64,000 bases of DNA from the human T2T-CHM13v2.0 reference genome, Homo sapiens. Under the pieces are notes generated by a model. That model had not been told where the DNA came from. It searched no databases and saw only the letters and a program-made list of their open reading frames with translations. Shown in pieces: positions 59,015-64,000 of the stretch (within the stretch, counting starts at the first letter, position 1; each line of letters opens with the position of its first letter). The position numbers and the translations under genes were made by a program. The stretch lies in the NCBI RefSeq assembly GCF_009914755.1, contig NC_060926.1, one strand, 5' to 3'.

Positions 59015-59116
59015 GTGCACCTCAGCATCAGTTCGTGACTGTGTCAGACTTCGGTTTCTTTCCACCTCTGAAAGCAAATCTCCAGATGAAAGATCCAAGA
59101 GGCGTGAGTGAAGTTT
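59015..59116 (-). CDS. NCKAP5: NCKAP5 internal coding exon (102 nt, phase 0-0): KLHSRLLDLSSGDLLSEVERNRSLTQSRTDAEVH
   Basis: Minus-strand acceptor ttttacctag|AAACTT and donor CAC|gtgagt; 34 open codons that join in frame to the 52393-52575 exon; peptide recognised as NCKAP5. Confidence 0.92.
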
Positions 59117-61242
59117 CTAGGTAAAACCAAGCAGAAACATTGAATAGCGATAATTTAATTATTTGTCTCAAAATCCTGCCTTGGACAGTTAAATCTCAAA
59201 AGACTTGACATTTCCAGATTAGATAATACATGTCCTAATTAAAAAAAGTTTATTCTAGTTTATCAGTGTTCCCATACATGTATATGTATGTGTATGTGCA
59301 AATTACATTTTGTAAACAATAGTGATGCTTTTACAGTCTGTCAGTCTGCCTTGGAAGATATGTAGTAGAAAAATATAAGTAGTAGTTAAAAAAATAAGCA
59401 GTAGGAAAAGTATGAATACTCTGATATATTTATTGGGTAGTATGAAAATTAACATTTGATATTCACATTAAGAAAACCAATCAACAAGTTCACCTTACTA
59501 TGTTGAGCAGTGGTTAAAATCTGAGCAGATAATTATAAAAGTGACCTTATTTCTAAACAGCATTGATCTTGTGAAATCTTCCCTTGGACACGTTTTAACT
59601 CAAAGTCATTAATGTCATCTGTTAGGAACAATTAATGTGAATAGAAAATAATTGCTTTGGGGACCTGGGGACTCTGAGGATTTTGTACATTAATATTCAC
59701 GTGCTATTCAATTATATACTGAATTCTTTATTTCAGTTTTGTTTGGGAGGACTGCTAAGCCAGAGACATTTCACTGTATTAATCTTGATACTAATTACTA
59801 AGGCTTTTCTGTGGACATTAAATTTGATCTGTTTAATTGCAAATACAATAAAAGTCGTGATTTATGCTTAATGTTTCTGCTAGGCTGATGACATTTTGAA
59901 AATGGCACTTATAGCCTGGTTTGTCTTGGTTACAACTTTTGTGGCTCCAGATGCTAAAAAAAAATCTAATTGAGTAAGTAAATAATGCAGCTAAGCGTGC
60001 CTCTCTCGCTTCCGAAAAGTTTTTTCTACTCCTTTTTCTCCCTGGAGAGGCCCTGCTGCACACTGATGCTGATCTAAGAAATGCCTTTGCTTCTTTGCCA
60101 CTGAGCAATGTTAGAATCATCTTAGAGGGCAGGGCTATCCCACTGGTCACTCTGTCCCAGCATATCTACCATGAAGTCAGCAGGGACTACAAACTCCACT
60201 AAAATGAGTCACATTCTCTGTGTTCCCCATTCAACTCTCTTTAGGCTGAACTTCTGTGAGAGCCCTGAGTACTTGGTTAGGTGATTATTCAACAAACATT
60301 TATACAGCACCTCCTGAAGGATGGCACTGTGGCAGGGCTGTATTCTATCCTCCTGCAAGGGTAAAGGTATTTTTTTGCTGTTGTGGGTTGGCCAGTTCTC
60401 CTTCTCAGTGGACCTTCAAATTGTGTGTCTGTGGAAGTCCTTTCACAAAAAAGAAAATAATTTCTAAACTGATTGCCTGTTGCTTTGAAAATCCAAATTT
60501 CTCCAGCAGAGCTAAGACCTCCATAGGTAACCAGAACCAATGCATTGTTTCTGGACAGTTTTTATAATCCTAATTCTATAATCCTAATTCAAGATTCAAG
60601 CTCTAGAATCTGACTTTCCTGGGGGCAAAGATACAATTTACCTCATCTTGCAATCTCCGGAACCCGACAAAATACATCATACTTAGTAAGCAGCCCATTA
60701 GTGCTTGTTGTAGTCTTTAAACAAAAAGATGTCTTTATATTTTACTCACCCATATGTAAGTTTTAAAGATTGAGAGAGTGCCAAAAGAATTACAATGTTG
60801 TGAGACCTAAGAATACATTTATCAATATGCAAACAGGACAAGAAGTTATGGGAAATGACATTCAACAAAAGAAATGATTTTGAGTGGTATATCATGTGAT
60901 TTGAGAGAAGAGGCCTCAATGGATTAGCTATCTAAATGACTCAGTTCATGAATGCACTTCATTATTATTTCTCAGATATATGATGTCACACTTTCACCTA
61001 CTGCATGAATATATGCATCTAAAAACCTGCCCTCCTCAAGGCTGTTTCAGTGGCTTTTATCCAAATGGGTCCCTTCCCTTCATTGAAATAGGGAAGGTCT
61101 GCATGGGAGAAAGGAGAGGTCCTGGGGCAAGGGCCAGGAGACCTGAGTTCTAGCCCTGTTGAAGGTACACGTTCTACAGGATCTCAGGAATGTAACTGAA
61201 CCTCTTAGTCTCAAATCCCTCATCTGCAAAAAGAAAGATGGA

Positions 61243-61805
61243 AAAACTTAAACCAGAGCTACCATTTGACCCATCAGTCCATTACTAGGTGTGTACCCGA
61301 AGGAAAATCCATCATTCTACCAAAAAGATACAAGCACACACATGTTCATTGCCACGCTATTTACAGTAGCAAAGACACGGAATCAACCTAGGTGCAAATA
61401 AGTAGTGGAATGGATAAAGAAATATGGTACATATATACCATAGAATACAGCCATAAAAAAGAATGAAATCATGTCCTTTGCAGCAACACGAATCCAGCTA
61501 GAGGAGGCCATAATCCTATGTGAATTAATTCAGAAATAGAAAACCAAATACTGCATGTTCTCACTTATAAGTGGAAGCTAGATACTGAGCACACATGGAC
61601 ATAAACATGGGAACAACAGACCCTGCAGACTACTAGATGGGGAAAAAGAAAGGGGGGAATGGGTTGAAAAACTACTTAGTGGGTACTATGCTCACTACCT
61701 CGGTGATGGGACCTGCATCCAAAACCCAGCATCATGCGATATACCCACGGAACAAAACTGCAGAAGTACCCCCTGAATCTAAAATAAAAGGTGAAGTTAA
61801 ATAAA
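61243..61805 (+). mobile_element. 5'-truncated L1PB-like 3' end
   Basis: gagctaccatttgaccc...aagaatgaaatcatgtcctttgcagcaac...gggtactatgctcactacct...cccctgaatctaaaataaa. Confidence 0.85.
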
Positions 61806-62149
61806 ATTCCTAACAAAGTCACAACATCCAATGACAGAATTATAGGCATCAGTAAGTGTAAATTTTCAGAAAAAAGAAAGACAGAAGTGGCTATTTAATC
61901 TACTACCACAGGTATAGAGAGGCACTATCATATTAAGAAGGGAAAACAAACAGGATAATATGCTGAAATTCACATAGGCCAATTTATTGTTATACCTGAC
62001 AGTTGGTGGTAGGTAACTTCTTAGATAATAAGGCACGAATGAATCATTCATTGTTATAGCTTTCATACATATAAGGCAAATAAAAATTGACTTAGAATAA
62101 AATAAAATCTGTTTAGTTTTAAAAAAATAATTTAAACATTTATTATTAT

Positions 62150-62282
62150 TTTTCAAAATTTTTAATTATTATGGGTACATAATAGTTGTTTATATTTATG
62201 GGGGTGCATGTGATGTTTTGATACAGGTATACAATGTATAATGATCCAATCAGGGTAACTGGATTACCTATCATCTCAAGCA
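62150..62282 (-). mobile_element. L1MA 3'-terminal fragment
   Basis: tatgggtacataatagttg...tgatacaggtatacaatgtataatgatc..atcagggtaa. Confidence 0.75.
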
Positions 62283-63289
62283 CAATAAAATCTACTTTTG
62301 TGTTAAGGCTATAGGCAAGGAAATGATAGGTTAATATCACACAACTTCCCTTAAATAACTGTGAAAGCACACAACCCCAAAGAAACTACATTTCTTATGA
62401 CAAGAATTTTTATAATAGGCTCATATTTTCACCATATACATAATATACAGGCATGTGTGTGTATAGCATCACTTTTTATGCTGATACTATATTACCTGTG
62501 CTTCAGTGAAAAATAGGTAGAATGTATACATTAGAAATTTAAGTCACTGTCAAAAAGAGCATAACTGACTTAAGAAGGCCATGACCTCTTAAGAGGAGCC
62601 CCCCAGCTTAGGGGGCAAATTCTCTATCATATACCCATGTATAGTTCATATTTACTGTTAGTGTTCATCTGAATAAAATCTCATCTGAAATACTTTAAAC
62701 TTCCTGTCTTTAACCTGCAAATCCCAATGAATTCTGGAGTTAGACATACTTGTTTTATTTTAGACATGAAAAGTAGCAGGACTACTCAGTATAGGTTTGA
62801 AATAGGCCTTGTGTCATCTGTCACACTGTCTCAGTAACTGAGATTCAACTGGGTTTCAGAAATAGAGACTCCTAATTTCACACATTTTCAAACCAGAGGT
62901 AAGTGAGGGATCTTTTTACTCATATGCTTCCTTTGACGGTGACAGTCTAACCCTCCCTGTCAGGCTGGCTTCGCTGTCTCTGGAATGTGCCCCTCTCCTG
63001 TCTGAGTTGATCTTTTGTCCATTTTTCCATGGCACACTTTCCTCCTCCTGCCCCTAGATCCTGTTCAGTATTCAGGATGACACTGAAACCCTCCCTGTAA
63101 AGTCATCTATCCTCTCTAACCCACAGTGGATTCCCTGCCTTGAGGAATTGGACTGCCTCTCATTTTGGTCCTTTATCCAAAGTGTACTCTTACTGAGTTG
63201 TTCTCTGTGTAGGTTCTATCTTCCTAACAGGACAATCAGCTCCATGAAAATGCAGGCCAATCCCTTAATTTCTACATTGTCCCAGTGGC

Positions 63290-63740
63290 AGGGACTAGCT
63301 GGGTGTCACGAAACCTCGGGAACCTTGGCCCTCTTCTTTCTGGGGGCACGGCTGGCCTGCATTTCCCAGCCTCCTTTACAGTCAGGTGTGCCCACATGAC
63401 ACGTTTAGTTCTAGTCATGGAGCCTGAGCAAAAGTGACATCTGCCCTTTCTTGCCTGGCCCAGGAATACCTCCCTCATATAGTCTTCCATGCTCTTTATC
63501 CTTCCACTGGCTTCATGCAGACAACTCAGCACAGCAACCTTGGAAGCCACTTGTTGAAGATGAAGCCAACCAGGTATAAGGAGTTTGGCTTCTTTAATTC
63601 TCAATTGGAAGAAAGCCACTCTGGGAAAAGAAACGACTTTTCTGGATTTGACACAAGGAAGATACCAACTTATACTGAATTTGGGCCATGATTCGTTTGG
63701 AGTTTGTTATTATTGCTGACATCGACCTGGCTGACACAGT
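63290..63740. mobile_element. MLT1-type MaLR LTR
   Basis: gcatttcccagcctcctttacagtcaggtgtgcccacatgac...ggaagccacttgttgaagatg. Confidence 0.65.
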
Positions 63741-64000
63741 TCTCTTGGCAGCCTACAGGGTAGCCACTCAAGAAACATGCATGTTTCTATGTATATATGT
63801 CATATGTGTACATAGGTGCACACACATGTTCATATATACGGGTATTTACACATGTATATGTAGTGGCTATGTCAACAGCGCAAGGTGACAACCCCACTGA
63901 AGATTCTAGCTTCATAGGAAAGAGACCTGCTTTCTGTCACTATACACAAGGGCAGGGGTTAGGGGATTGTGTGAAGAGCTAAGATGTATCACAATTTATA

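Overview
This is primate, almost certainly human, genomic DNA from the 3' half of NCKAP5 (NCK-associated protein 5), which is transcribed on the minus strand. Five coding exons can be read with canonical GT-AG sites and consistent phases: 59015-59116, 52393-52575, a giant 3779-nt exon at 44311-48089, 43423-43600 and 36186-36264. The rest is intron filled with interspersed repeats: about 15 Alus, old L1s, MaLR/ERV solo LTRs, Tigger/hAT DNA transposon fossils, MIR and L2. There is no prokaryote-type system, CRISPR array or RNA gene. Four things stand out. (1) Two non-tandem local duplications of 250-290 bp and several micro-scars resemble templated-insertion repair; one preserves the empty pre-Alu site. 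(2) Inverted Alus bracket exactly the two exons that can only be skipped in frame together, and these exons hold several SxIP-like motifs. (3) The 79-nt exon begins with a copy of its own 5' splice site, a recursive-splicing candidate. (4) A compact, antisense three-exon 63-aa mini-gene candidate lies at 12.5-12.9 kb. Repeat family names and comparisons with the reference protein are from memory and need database confirmation.
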